The translations under genes were made by a program, and so were the position numbers. Below, piece after piece: positions 17,665 to 24,968 of a stretch of DNA of 32,000 nucleotides (the first letter of the stretch is position 1; each line of letters begins with the position of its first letter). The notes under the pieces are model-generated. The model had not been told where the DNA came from. It searched no databases and saw only the letters and a list, made by a program, of their open reading frames with translations. The stretch comes from Candidatus Heimdallarchaeota archaeon. Lineage in GTDB: Archaea > Asgardarchaeota > Heimdallarchaeia > JABLTI01. The DNA lies in the NCBI GenBank assembly GCA_030614005.1, contig JAUWKS010000012.1, forward strand, positions 34,276 through 66,275, read 5' to 3'.

Positions 17665-18579
17665 ATGAAAAAGAAATTAGGAATTTTGATGATAGTTTTT
17701 CTATTTGTTGGTATATTGAGCACATATATTGATGTGCGTGGAGCAACAAACTTTACTGGAACAGTAGAAAGTGAATATAGTAATCCATTGAGTAATACAA
17801 CAATTACACTAGCTGATTGTTATTTTAATATCCTTGGTTCAACTACAACAAACAGTCAAGGTGAATATAGCCTTTCTGTGACATTAAACGGTAACTCACC
17901 ATATTATTTATCTGCTGCAAAGAATTACCGTTGGGACACTGATACAAAAACAGTCTATTCTGGAGGGACAAATGATTTCGAACTTGATGCGATTACTGAG
18001 AAGATTGCTGTCTTTTTCTATGCATATGACGCATGCAATGATGATACAATAGATACATACGAAGAGATTCTAGATGATGAGGGGTATACAAAATATTTCA
18101 GATTTGCTAATAGTGATGATGTTAGCGATGATTGTGATACAGTTGATGACTATGAACGTCCTGCTGATACTCTTTTCTGTTATATTATTGGTCACGGAGA
18201 ATACGATAATTCTGAAGAAAAGTCTTACACCTATTTCAAATCAAATGAAAATACACAAGTTTACTCAGACACATTTGAATCCTATATGGATAATTGGGAT
18301 TCGGCTCGAAAAGGTCTGCTTGTTGATTCCTGTTATTCAGGTACTTGGGCAACAGATTTTACTACAAGTCCCTATTTAGCAATGTCCTCTGCAGATACTG
18401 CTAATGAAGCAGACTTCCGTTCAGGATATTCAAATCAAGAAGGAGAATTCTCATACTACTTCTTTGAAGCTGTTGATGCAGGAGATACAGCAGTAGAAGC
18501 ATGGGAAGCTGCAGAAGATGAGTGCTCTGATCAGAATCCAGAAAAAAGCGACTATTCAAGTTACACTTGGTTCAATTGA
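17665..18579 (+). CDS. Secreted clan-CD (caspase/legumain-like) cysteine peptidase with an N-terminal Ig-like/carboxypeptidase-regulatory-like domain
   Basis: Signal peptide MKKKLGILMIVFLFVGIL; GTV...PLSNTTITL...TTTNSQGEYSL; catalytic dyad motifs YIIGHG and LLVDSCYSG. Confidence 0.8.
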   Translation: MKKKLGILMIVFLFVGILSTYIDVRGATNFTGTVESEYSNPLSNTTITLADCYFNILGSTTTNSQGEYSLSVTLNGNSPYYLSAAKNYRWDTDTKTVYSGGTNDFELDAITEKIAVFFYAYDACNDDTIDTYEEILDDEGYTKYFRFANSDDVSDDCDTVDDYERPADTLFCYIIGHGEYDNSEEKSYTYFKSNENTQVYSDTFESYMDNWDSARKGLLVDSCYSGTWATDFTTSPYLAMSSADTANEADFRSGYSNQEGEFSYYFFEAVDAGDTAVEAWEAAEDECSDQNPEKSDYSSYTWFN

Positions 18580-18586
18580 CAGAAAT

Positions 18587-18617
18587 AAAGGAATCTTTTG
18601 GGATTCCTTTTCTTTTA
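18587..18617 (+). terminator. Hairpin plus T-tract terminator
   Basis: AAAGGAATC(18587-95)/GATTCCTTT(18602-10) is a perfect 9-bp stem, followed by TCTTTT, 7 nt after the peptidase stop. Confidence 0.6.
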
Positions 18618-18784
18618 TTAAAAGAGAAAAAAAATAAGTGGCAAATCAAAAAACATCAATTAAAAAAGGTCTAGCACTAAAAAAAATAATAGATAGCAAC
18701 AATATTCATTAGTGAATATAACGAAAATTTTGTGAAAATAACCTTTTTTAGTAAAGCACTTAATTAACATTTGGGGATTAAAAG

Positions 18785-20347
18785 TTGAGAAAAAAAAGTC
18801 ATTTAATTCTGGTCTGTTGCATAGGTTTTGTACTAGTTTTTGGGAATCTAATACCTATACTACAGCAAAACAGTATTACTAACCAAAACGAAAAAAATAT
18901 TCCATATGTAAATGCTAACTTGTCTGCAAATCTTACGATTGATTTCAGTACTTTTCTGGGGGGGAAGGATAAAGATCTTGGTTATAGTGCTGCAATAACC
19001 GACAAAAGAGAGTGTTATGTCACAGGGCTGACAGAATCCAATGATTTTCCCACAAAAAATGCTTTTGATGAAACTCTCGGTGGTAATCTCGATGCATTTA
19101 TCACTAAATTTGCTTTTGATGGTTCCCTGCTCTTTAGTTCTTATCTTGGAGGGAGTAGTCGGGATCGAGCTTTTGCTATTGATGTGGGGGATGATGGAAG
19201 CTGTTATGTTTTGGGAAATACTAATTCAAGTAATTTTCCAATCAGAAATGCATTTAACAGTACTTTTAGTGGTTATGAAGATGTTTTTGTTTCAAAGTTC
19301 TCATCGGATGGTGTTATGCTTTGGAGCACCTATTTTGGTGGCAATGGTTTTGATAGAGCAGAAGGAATCTCTGTTGCCAAAGATGGGAGTTGCTATATCA
19401 CAGGGAGAACCGCATCTACTAATTTTCCGACAAAAGAAGCCTATAGTGATACGTGTAATGGTGGGTATGACGTTTTTGTTTCCAAGTTTGATATAGAAGG
19501 GGGGTTACTTTGGAGCACATATTTAGGAGGGAGTTATTCTGAGCGTGTAGGAGATATTGTTGTGTCAAACGATGGCAGTTGTTATGTGACTGGTGAAACT
19601 GACTCAGTTGATTTTCCAGTGAAGGATGCATTTGATGACTCATATAATGGTGATTCGGATACTTATATAACTAAATTTTCCACTGAGGGTTCACTTTTGT
19701 GGAGTACCTTTCTTGGTGGGGCGTGGTGGGATGTAGGCCATGGTATTACTGCTGCAAGTGATGGAAGTTGTTATGTGACAGGTTATACGGTTTCTAGTGA
19801 ATTTCCAGTACAAAATGCCTTTAATGAGACGTACGATGATTGGGGAGATGCGTTTGTTGCCAAATTTTCTGCAAGTGGAGGTTTGCTATGGAGCACATTT
19901 CTTGGTGGAAATGGTCCTGACAGAGGTTACGCAATTACCACATCAAAAGATGATAGTTGCTATATTACAGGTTATACCGCATCAACGAACTTTCCGACTA
20001 AAAACGCTTATGATTATACTAAAAACGATGGCTATGATGTCTTTGCATCAAAATTCTCATCAGATGGTGTTTTGCTTTGGAGCACTTATCTTGGAGGAAG
20101 CAATACAGATGAAGGTCGGGATATTGCTGTAACAAATAACGGTTATTGCTATATTGTGGGTAATACGCATTCAGCTGATTTTCCAGTGATAAATGCGATT
20201 GATCGTGAAAGTACCAAGAGTGAATGTTTTGTGACGAAATTTATTGAGCCACTCGAACGTGGACAACCAACATTTTTGTATGGGTTCCTAGGTATAATGA
20301 CTGTTGTACTGCTTGCAGTTATTGTTCTTTACATAAAACGCAAATGA
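18785..20347 (+). CDS. Surface-anchored SBBP-repeat seven-bladed beta-propeller protein
   Basis: Signal/anchor at the N-terminus, seven ~63-aa repeats (WSTYLGG..D....I.V..DGSCY.TG.T.S..FP), and a C-terminal TM helix with KRK tail. TTG start. Confidence 0.85.
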   Translation: MRKKSHLILVCCIGFVLVFGNLIPILQQNSITNQNEKNIPYVNANLSANLTIDFSTFLGGKDKDLGYSAAITDKRECYVTGLTESNDFPTKNAFDETLGGNLDAFITKFAFDGSLLFSSYLGGSSRDRAFAIDVGDDGSCYVLGNTNSSNFPIRNAFNSTFSGYEDVFVSKFSSDGVMLWSTYFGGNGFDRAEGISVAKDGSCYITGRTASTNFPTKEAYSDTCNGGYDVFVSKFDIEGGLLWSTYLGGSYSERVGDIVVSNDGSCYVTGETDSVDFPVKDAFDDSYNGDSDTYITKFSTEGSLLWSTFLGGAWWDVGHGITAASDGSCYVTGYTVSSEFPVQNAFNETYDDWGDAFVAKFSASGGLLWSTFLGGNGPDRGYAITTSKDDSCYITGYTASTNFPTKNAYDYTKNDGYDVFASKFSSDGVLLWSTYLGGSNTDEGRDIAVTNNGYCYIVGNTHSADFPVINAIDRESTKSECFVTKFIEPLERGQPTFLYGFLGIMTVVLLAVIVLYIKRK

Positions 20348-20370
20348 TTTCAGTTTTCCATTTCAAAAAA

Positions 20371-20404
20371 GAGGCCGTGGATTCAAATTCCACCCGGTCC
20401 ACCA
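20371..20404 (+). repeat. tRNA-Ala 3'-end copy 2
   Basis: 34/34 identical to 406-439. Confidence 0.95.
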
Positions 20405-23114
20405 CTTCTTCTAAGTATAAACTGTCCTATTAGTTTCACTTGTTTTGTCTTCATTAAAAATAATTATAAACTGTTTATTGTTAATACAATTCCATGAGAG
20501 AGGTTAGTTTAAAGCGTTTTAAGGAACTTTTATTGGAAATAAAAAAATTCAAAATTTTTCGTTTTATCGGTTATTTAACCATCCCTTTTTTCTTTGGCTT
20601 TTATATTTTAAACAAGACTAAAACTAAATTATCTTTTCTATATAGTGAAAAGAAAAGAATCTTACAAGATCTTGTTATTGATATTGAATATAATTTCGCA
20701 TCTCTTCAGAAGAGAAATCAAGAAATCGAAATTAATGATACTTACCTTATTTATTCAGAGAAAGAAGAATGCCTTTCCAAAATTCGAAACTTTATCAGAA
20801 AATTGGGATCTATTCAAAGATATTTTGATATTTTGCCAAACGAAATTATCACTTTTTGTGAGCAATTAGAAGATGAAGCTTTTATAATATTAGAGAAGAC
20901 CGAACAATATAATGAACAATTTATTCAAAGAAAAAAAATTGAATATGAGAATCTCTTTAAGAGAGAAAATTTAATCTTAGATGATGAACAACAAAGAGCA
21001 ATTATAATTGACGATAAACATAATTTAGTTGTCGCTGGAGCAGGATCAGGTAAAACAGAAGTCCTGACCACAAGAATTGGATATCTTATTAAAAGGAAAA
21101 CTGATAGAATTAAACCAGAACGAATTTTAGCTTTGGCTTTTCAAAAAAAAGCAGAAGAGGTAATAAAGAAACGATTGAAAAAAAGATATAATATTGATGA
21201 TGTTGAAATCAGAACTTTTCATTCATTTGGAAAAAGAATAATTGAAGATTATGCTAAAAAAAGAAAAATTGATGAATATGCTAATAAAAAATTCATTAAT
21301 CCTAAGAAACTAAATCCTAATTGTGAAGATGAATCCAAATATCGGAATTTTATTAGAAAAATTTTTGAAAAAATAAGAGATAATGATGTAAAGTACCAAA
21401 ATCAAATTCTCTTATTTATGAAACATTTTTCTGATGAAAAAATCATAAAAGTAGAAACTGATTTTGAAGAAAAAGAAGAATTTTATGAATACCAAAGAAA
21501 CATGACTTATACAACTTTAAATGGTACTAAAGTGAGAAGTGAATCTGAACGATCAATAGCTAATTTCTTCATAAAGCACGAAATTAATGGTAACAAAATC
21601 AATATTTTATATGAAGAACCAGCGAAATGGATGGCATATATGGATGAAGAGGGAAAAGAACACACACCAAATCCAGATTTCTATTTCCCTTATTTTGATA
21701 TTTATTTGGAACATTGGGCAATTGACAAGGATGGAAATGTACCTAAGTGGTTTTCTGGAGAAAATCCAACGGAAAATTACAGGAAAGGTATGGACATAAA
21801 AAGAAGTAAATTTAAGGAAAATAATAAATTTCTAATCGAAACAACAGAAGCAGAATTTAAGAGTATACCAATTAACGAATTATTGAAAGAGAAATTTCTT
21901 ACAGCACTAAAAAAGAAAAACCCTCAGAAAGAGTTTAAGCTATCGGCAATACCATATAAAGGACTGGTAGAAAAAGTCTGGGATGAATGTAGAGCATTTG
22001 TTAATAGTTTACCATTGAATATTTCTAGATATATTACAATAGCAAAAACCTATGGATTAACTATTTCAGATATTGAGAAACGATTACAGAAGAAGAAGAA
22101 TTGGTCACTAAAACAAATTGCTTTTGGCAAAATAGCTTTGAGAATATATCAGGAATACGAAAATAAATTAGATAAAAGTTATTCCATTGATTTCGGTGAT
22201 ATGATAAATAATGCTACAAAGTATCTAAATGAAAACAAAGATTTCTTTTTAGACAAATATGATCACATCCTCATTGACGAATATCAAGATATTAGTGCTC
22301 AGAGATTTCTTTTAATTGAAGCATTAATGAAAAAAAATCCAAAATGTAAACTATTCTGTGTAGGTGATGATTGGCAGAGTATTATGGGATTTGCTGGGTC
22401 CAATCTTAACTATTTTATTCACTTTTATAGATATTTCGATCATCCTGTCAGGACAGATTTGATAAAAAACTATCGTAGCATAAAATCAATCGTAGATGTT
22501 GGAGCTACTGTAATTGAAAATAACACCAATCAAATTAAAAAACAGACAATTGCTAATAAAGAGATGGAATTGCCTATTTTGGTTTTTTCCTCAAGACATA
22601 ACAAAGATTATCCAGATAAATACTATAAACAAATCACGTCTCATGCTTTGGAGAAAATAAATGAATTGGTTAAAAAAGAGGGTTACAAATATGATGATTT
22701 TATGATTCTTTTAAGGATTGCAAAGAATCCTAAATTAAGAAAGTATCTTAATTCGGATAATGCTTATGGAATCCCTATTTCTGCAGAACCTGCTAAATCA
22801 AATTGTGTTCACATATTATCTGTTCATAAAAGCAAAGGACTAGAATCGAGAGTTGTAATTCTGTTAAATGTAGATAAGGGATTATATGGATTTCCTTGTG
22901 AACTTGAGAACCCAAAAATCTTTGAAACGGCAATAAAAGAAAATGATGGATTAAGAGAACAAGAGGAAAGAAGATTATTTTATGTAGCATTAACTCGAGC
23001 AAAAGAGCAAATAATTATCTATACACAAAAACAATCAGAAAGTAGTTTCATTGCAGAAATAGAAGAATTTATTCAAAAAAAGGAGTTATATTATTGAAAA
23101 TATTCAACAACATA
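20405..23114. mobile_element. Segment 3 (2740 bp period): single-gene cassette
   Basis: Lies between copies 2 and 3 and is almost entirely filled by one ORF, whose stop is 17 nt before the next repeat. Confidence 0.65.
20494..23097 (+). CDS. UvrD/helicase-IV-like SF1 helicase with an inserted PD-(D/E)XK-like domain and a hydrophobic N-terminal segment
   Basis: AGAGSGKT, TFHSFG, DEYQD, VGDDWQSIMGFAG, NYRS, SVHKSKGLE, EERRLFYVALTRAK. Insert VRSESERSIANF...PDFYFPYFDIYLEHW. Confidence 0.9.
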   Translation: MREVSLKRFKELLLEIKKFKIFRFIGYLTIPFFFGFYILNKTKTKLSFLYSEKKRILQDLVIDIEYNFASLQKRNQEIEINDTYLIYSEKEECLSKIRNFIRKLGSIQRYFDILPNEIITFCEQLEDEAFIILEKTEQYNEQFIQRKKIEYENLFKRENLILDDEQQRAIIIDDKHNLVVAGAGSGKTEVLTTRIGYLIKRKTDRIKPERILALAFQKKAEEVIKKRLKKRYNIDDVEIRTFHSFGKRIIEDYAKKRKIDEYANKKFINPKKLNPNCEDESKYRNFIRKIFEKIRDNDVKYQNQILLFMKHFSDEKIIKVETDFEEKEEFYEYQRNMTYTTLNGTKVRSESERSIANFFIKHEINGNKINILYEEPAKWMAYMDEEGKEHTPNPDFYFPYFDIYLEHWAIDKDGNVPKWFSGENPTENYRKGMDIKRSKFKENNKFLIETTEAEFKSIPINELLKEKFLTALKKKNPQKEFKLSAIPYKGLVEKVWDECRAFVNSLPLNISRYITIAKTYGLTISDIEKRLQKKKNWSLKQIAFGKIALRIYQEYENKLDKSYSIDFGDMINNATKYLNENKDFFLDKYDHILIDEYQDISAQRFLLIEALMKKNPKCKLFCVGDDWQSIMGFAGSNLNYFIHFYRYFDHPVRTDLIKNYRSIKSIVDVGATVIENNTNQIKKQTIANKEMELPILVFSSRHNKDYPDKYYKQITSHALEKINELVKKEGYKYDDFMILLRIAKNPKLRKYLNSDNAYGIPISAEPAKSNCVHILSVHKSKGLESRVVILLNVDKGLYGFPCELENPKIFETAIKENDGLREQEERRLFYVALTRAKEQIIIYTQKQSESSFIAEIEEFIQKKELYY

Positions 23115-23144
23115 CCGTTGATTCAAATTCCACCCGGTCCACCA
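23115..23144 (+). repeat. tRNA-Ala 3'-end copy 3
   Basis: Matches 410-439 at 29/30 (G414 to T). Confidence 0.95.
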
Positions 23145-23165
23145 CTTCTAAAATCCTCACTTTTT

Positions 23166-23513
23166 TCAGTCTATTATTCTCACTACTTTTTCTGTTACTA
23201 TTATGAATTTGTTTGGTATTTTCTCTGCATATTTCTCTATGAGTTGTTGTATTATTCTTATCTTATTCTCCGTTCGTTCATTTTTTAGTCGTAATAGGAT
23301 TACTCCTTTGTGCTGTTTTTTTTGTCTTATAACTAATTCTCCAAAATCCTTGTCATTGGTTAGTAGGATGTATTTTTCCTCATATGCTTTTGCGATTATT
23401 TTTTCATCACTCATTCCTCTTGCTTCGTCGTAAATTGAAAAAACTTCATGACCATTTTTTCGCAACCAATCAGCTACTCTTGGTCCTGTGCATTCATCTA
23501 CTAGAAATCGCAT
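23166..23513 (-). CDS. DUF5615 family PIN-like toxin
   Basis: MRFLVDEC...GMSDEKI...ILLTNDKDFGEL...GVILLRL is the typical pattern, and the gene lies downstream of DUF433. Confidence 0.85.
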   Translation of the reverse strand: MRFLVDECTGPRVADWLRKNGHEVFSIYDEARGMSDEKIIAKAYEEKYILLTNDKDFGELVIRQKKQHKGVILLRLKNERTENKIRIIQQLIEKYAEKIPNKFIIVTEKVVRIID

Positions 23514-23514
23514 A

Positions 23515-23763
23515 TTATTGTGCCTCTTCTATAATCGGCATAAAAGTAGTATTTTCTAGTGTTTCTGAAGCATAAAATAGACAAGCTAAAATATCCTCTT
23601 TGGTTAGATCTGGATATTCTTCTATTATCTCCTTTATTTCTGCTCCATTTGCTAACAGATTCAATATGAATTGCACTGTTAATCTTGTTCCTTTAATAAC
23701 AGGTTTTCCGGTCATTATTTTCGGATTTATTGTTATCCTTTCTAGAATTTCCTTTCGCTCCAA
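23515..23763 (-). CDS. DUF433 family antitoxin
   Basis: RITINPKIMTGKPVIKGTRLTVQFILNLLANG...EYPDLTKEDILACLFYA. Confidence 0.9.
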   Translation of the reverse strand: MERKEILERITINPKIMTGKPVIKGTRLTVQFILNLLANGAEIKEIIEEYPDLTKEDILACLFYASETLENTTFMPIIEEAQ

Positions 23764-24139
23764 GGATGATCAATTCTCCTTTAATTTTTTTATTCACGTG
23801 TAATATATACAATGTACTTGTTGTTATAGTTTTCTTTGTTTCTTTAATACTTTTAAAGTAGAAGTGATTCTTCAGTTGGAGTTCGCTTATTCATATTCCA
23901 CTGTTCGGCTATTTTTTTCTCTTCGTAATTTTGATTCAAAAGTAAATTTTTTTTCTTTTTTTATCCATTTATCATACGTTGTTTCAAGTCATTATTTTGA
24001 TTATACCTTTTTTCATTTATTGGTAATGCATCTGCCACTTAAATAACGTCCAAATTCGATGTTTGTACATCAATTATCTATCAAATTTCTTTTTTAAACC
24101 TCTAAACGAAAAGTGTTAATAAAATAAAGTATCTCAACT

Positions 24140-24174
24140 GGAGGCCGTGGATTTAAATTCCACCCGGTCCACCA
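24140..24174 (+). repeat. tRNA-Ala 3'-end copy 4
   Basis: Matches 405-439 at 34/35 (C419 to T). Confidence 0.95.
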
Positions 24175-24230
24175 ATTTTTCTTCATCAATAGTTTTTTAT
24201 CTGTGTATTACCAATATATAGATGATATAT

Positions 24231-24449
24231 ATGGGTTACAAAACTCTTAGTGTTAGTGATGAGATTTACGATCTTCTTTGTGCTATGAAAGAAGATAATG
24301 AATCTTTCAATGAACTCTTTACTCGGCTCATTCGTGGTAGTGGCAAACATATATTAAAGTTTCATGGACAGCTTTCTGATTCAGCTGATTTTGATAAGAT
24401 TATGGCCCGTATTTCAGATGAGCGAAAAAATGAGCAGGAACGTCTCTAA
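24231..24449 (+). CDS. vapB: Archaeal VapB-family antitoxin
   Basis: MGYKTLSVSDEIYDLLCAMKEDNESFNELFTRLI fits the KTIxISxExYxxL...ESFSExIxRL pattern. Located 2 nt upstream of a PIN gene. Confidence 0.85.
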   Translation: MGYKTLSVSDEIYDLLCAMKEDNESFNELFTRLIRGSGKHILKFHGQLSDSADFDKIMARISDERKNEQERL

Positions 24450-24451
24450 TC

Positions 24452-24850
24452 ATGGCTTCTTTTGTTCACTTTGACACTAATCTTGTTGTAGATTTTTTTA
24501 AGGGAACTTTTCCTCGAGCTGAATTTGAACCTTTGCTTTCACAGAATGTTGTCATGATTAGCGTACTTGTTGAATATGAATTGAGACTTGGTCAGAAATT
24601 ATCTCAAAATCAAGATATTAAACAATTACTTGCGGATTTTCTTGAATCCGTGCTCATAATTCCACTCTCATCTGAAATTGTGGCAAAAGCATGTGAGATA
24701 CAATCACGACAAATTTCCTTAGGCAAACGATTACCATTAGTTGATCTCTTGATTGGAACAACATCTATCGTTCATAATGCAAAATTGCTTTCAAATGGTA
24801 GTGATATGCAAAAACTTATTGCATATGGACTTGAAGTAGTTTCTTTTTAA
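24452..24850 (+). CDS. vapC: VapC PIN-domain toxin
   Basis: FDTNLVVD, VEYEL, LVDLLIGTT, LLSNGSD carry the PIN acidic positions. Confidence 0.85.
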   Translation: MASFVHFDTNLVVDFFKGTFPRAEFEPLLSQNVVMISVLVEYELRLGQKLSQNQDIKQLLADFLESVLIIPLSSEIVAKACEIQSRQISLGKRLPLVDLLIGTTSIVHNAKLLSNGSDMQKLIAYGLEVVSF

Positions 24851-24876
24851 TCTAAAAGTTTCGCTCGTTTAATATT

Positions 24877-24889
24877 GTGGATTCAAATT
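24877..24889 (+). repeat. Degenerate terminal copy of the tRNA repeat (GTGGATTCAAATT)
   Basis: 13/13 match to 412-424, on the same strand, at the island/core-gene boundary. The 3' half is absent. Confidence 0.55.
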
Positions 24890-24968
24890 GCTAATTCAAA
24901 CTAAATATTGTGAAACAACTTTTTGATAGAATTCTTTAGAGCAGTACTTATTTTTGAAAGAAATAATC

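Larger units (their letters stand above)
16830..20370. mobile_element. Segment 2 (3575 bp period): remnant of a sibling of segment 1 plus two secreted-protein genes
   Basis: Lies between repeat copies 1 and 2. The first ~610 bp are homologous to the left end of segment 1. Confidence 0.7.
23145..24139. mobile_element. Segment 4 (1030 bp period): toxin-antitoxin cassette
   Basis: Lies between copies 3 and 4 and holds a DUF433/DUF5615 gene pair. Confidence 0.65.
24175..24876. mobile_element. Segment 5 (730 bp period): vapBC cassette
   Basis: Lies between copy 4 and the 13-nt remnant. The vapC stop is 26 nt before the remnant. The right boundary is uncertain. Confidence 0.5.

Noticed and set aside
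18785-20347. 189-nt periodicity as a repeat array or DGR target
   Set aside because: Explained by the seven SBBP protein repeats. No reverse transcriptase or adenine-specific TR/VR pair seen.
23770-24120. ORF 23864-24046(+) and a minus-strand coding-like frame with one internal stop
   Set aside because: The plus ORF has no motif, and the minus frame is an unidentifiable remnant.
16794-24174. Repeat copies as split-tRNA halves or extra tRNA genes
   Set aside because: They start at or after the end of the anticodon stem, lack 5' halves and complementary trans-splicing leaders, and three carry substitutions.
440-24876. Tyrosine/serine integrase or IS transposase explaining the att-like repeats
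   Set aside because: No R-H-x-x-R-Y, serine-recombinase or DDE motif seen in any ORF. One acting in trans or lost by deletion cannot be excluded.
329-24889. Calling the repeats a CRISPR array
   Set aside because: The repeats are tRNA-derived and separated by 0.7-16 kb, with no 25-45 nt spacers and no cas2 or effector genes. Reported only as a mechanistic analogy.
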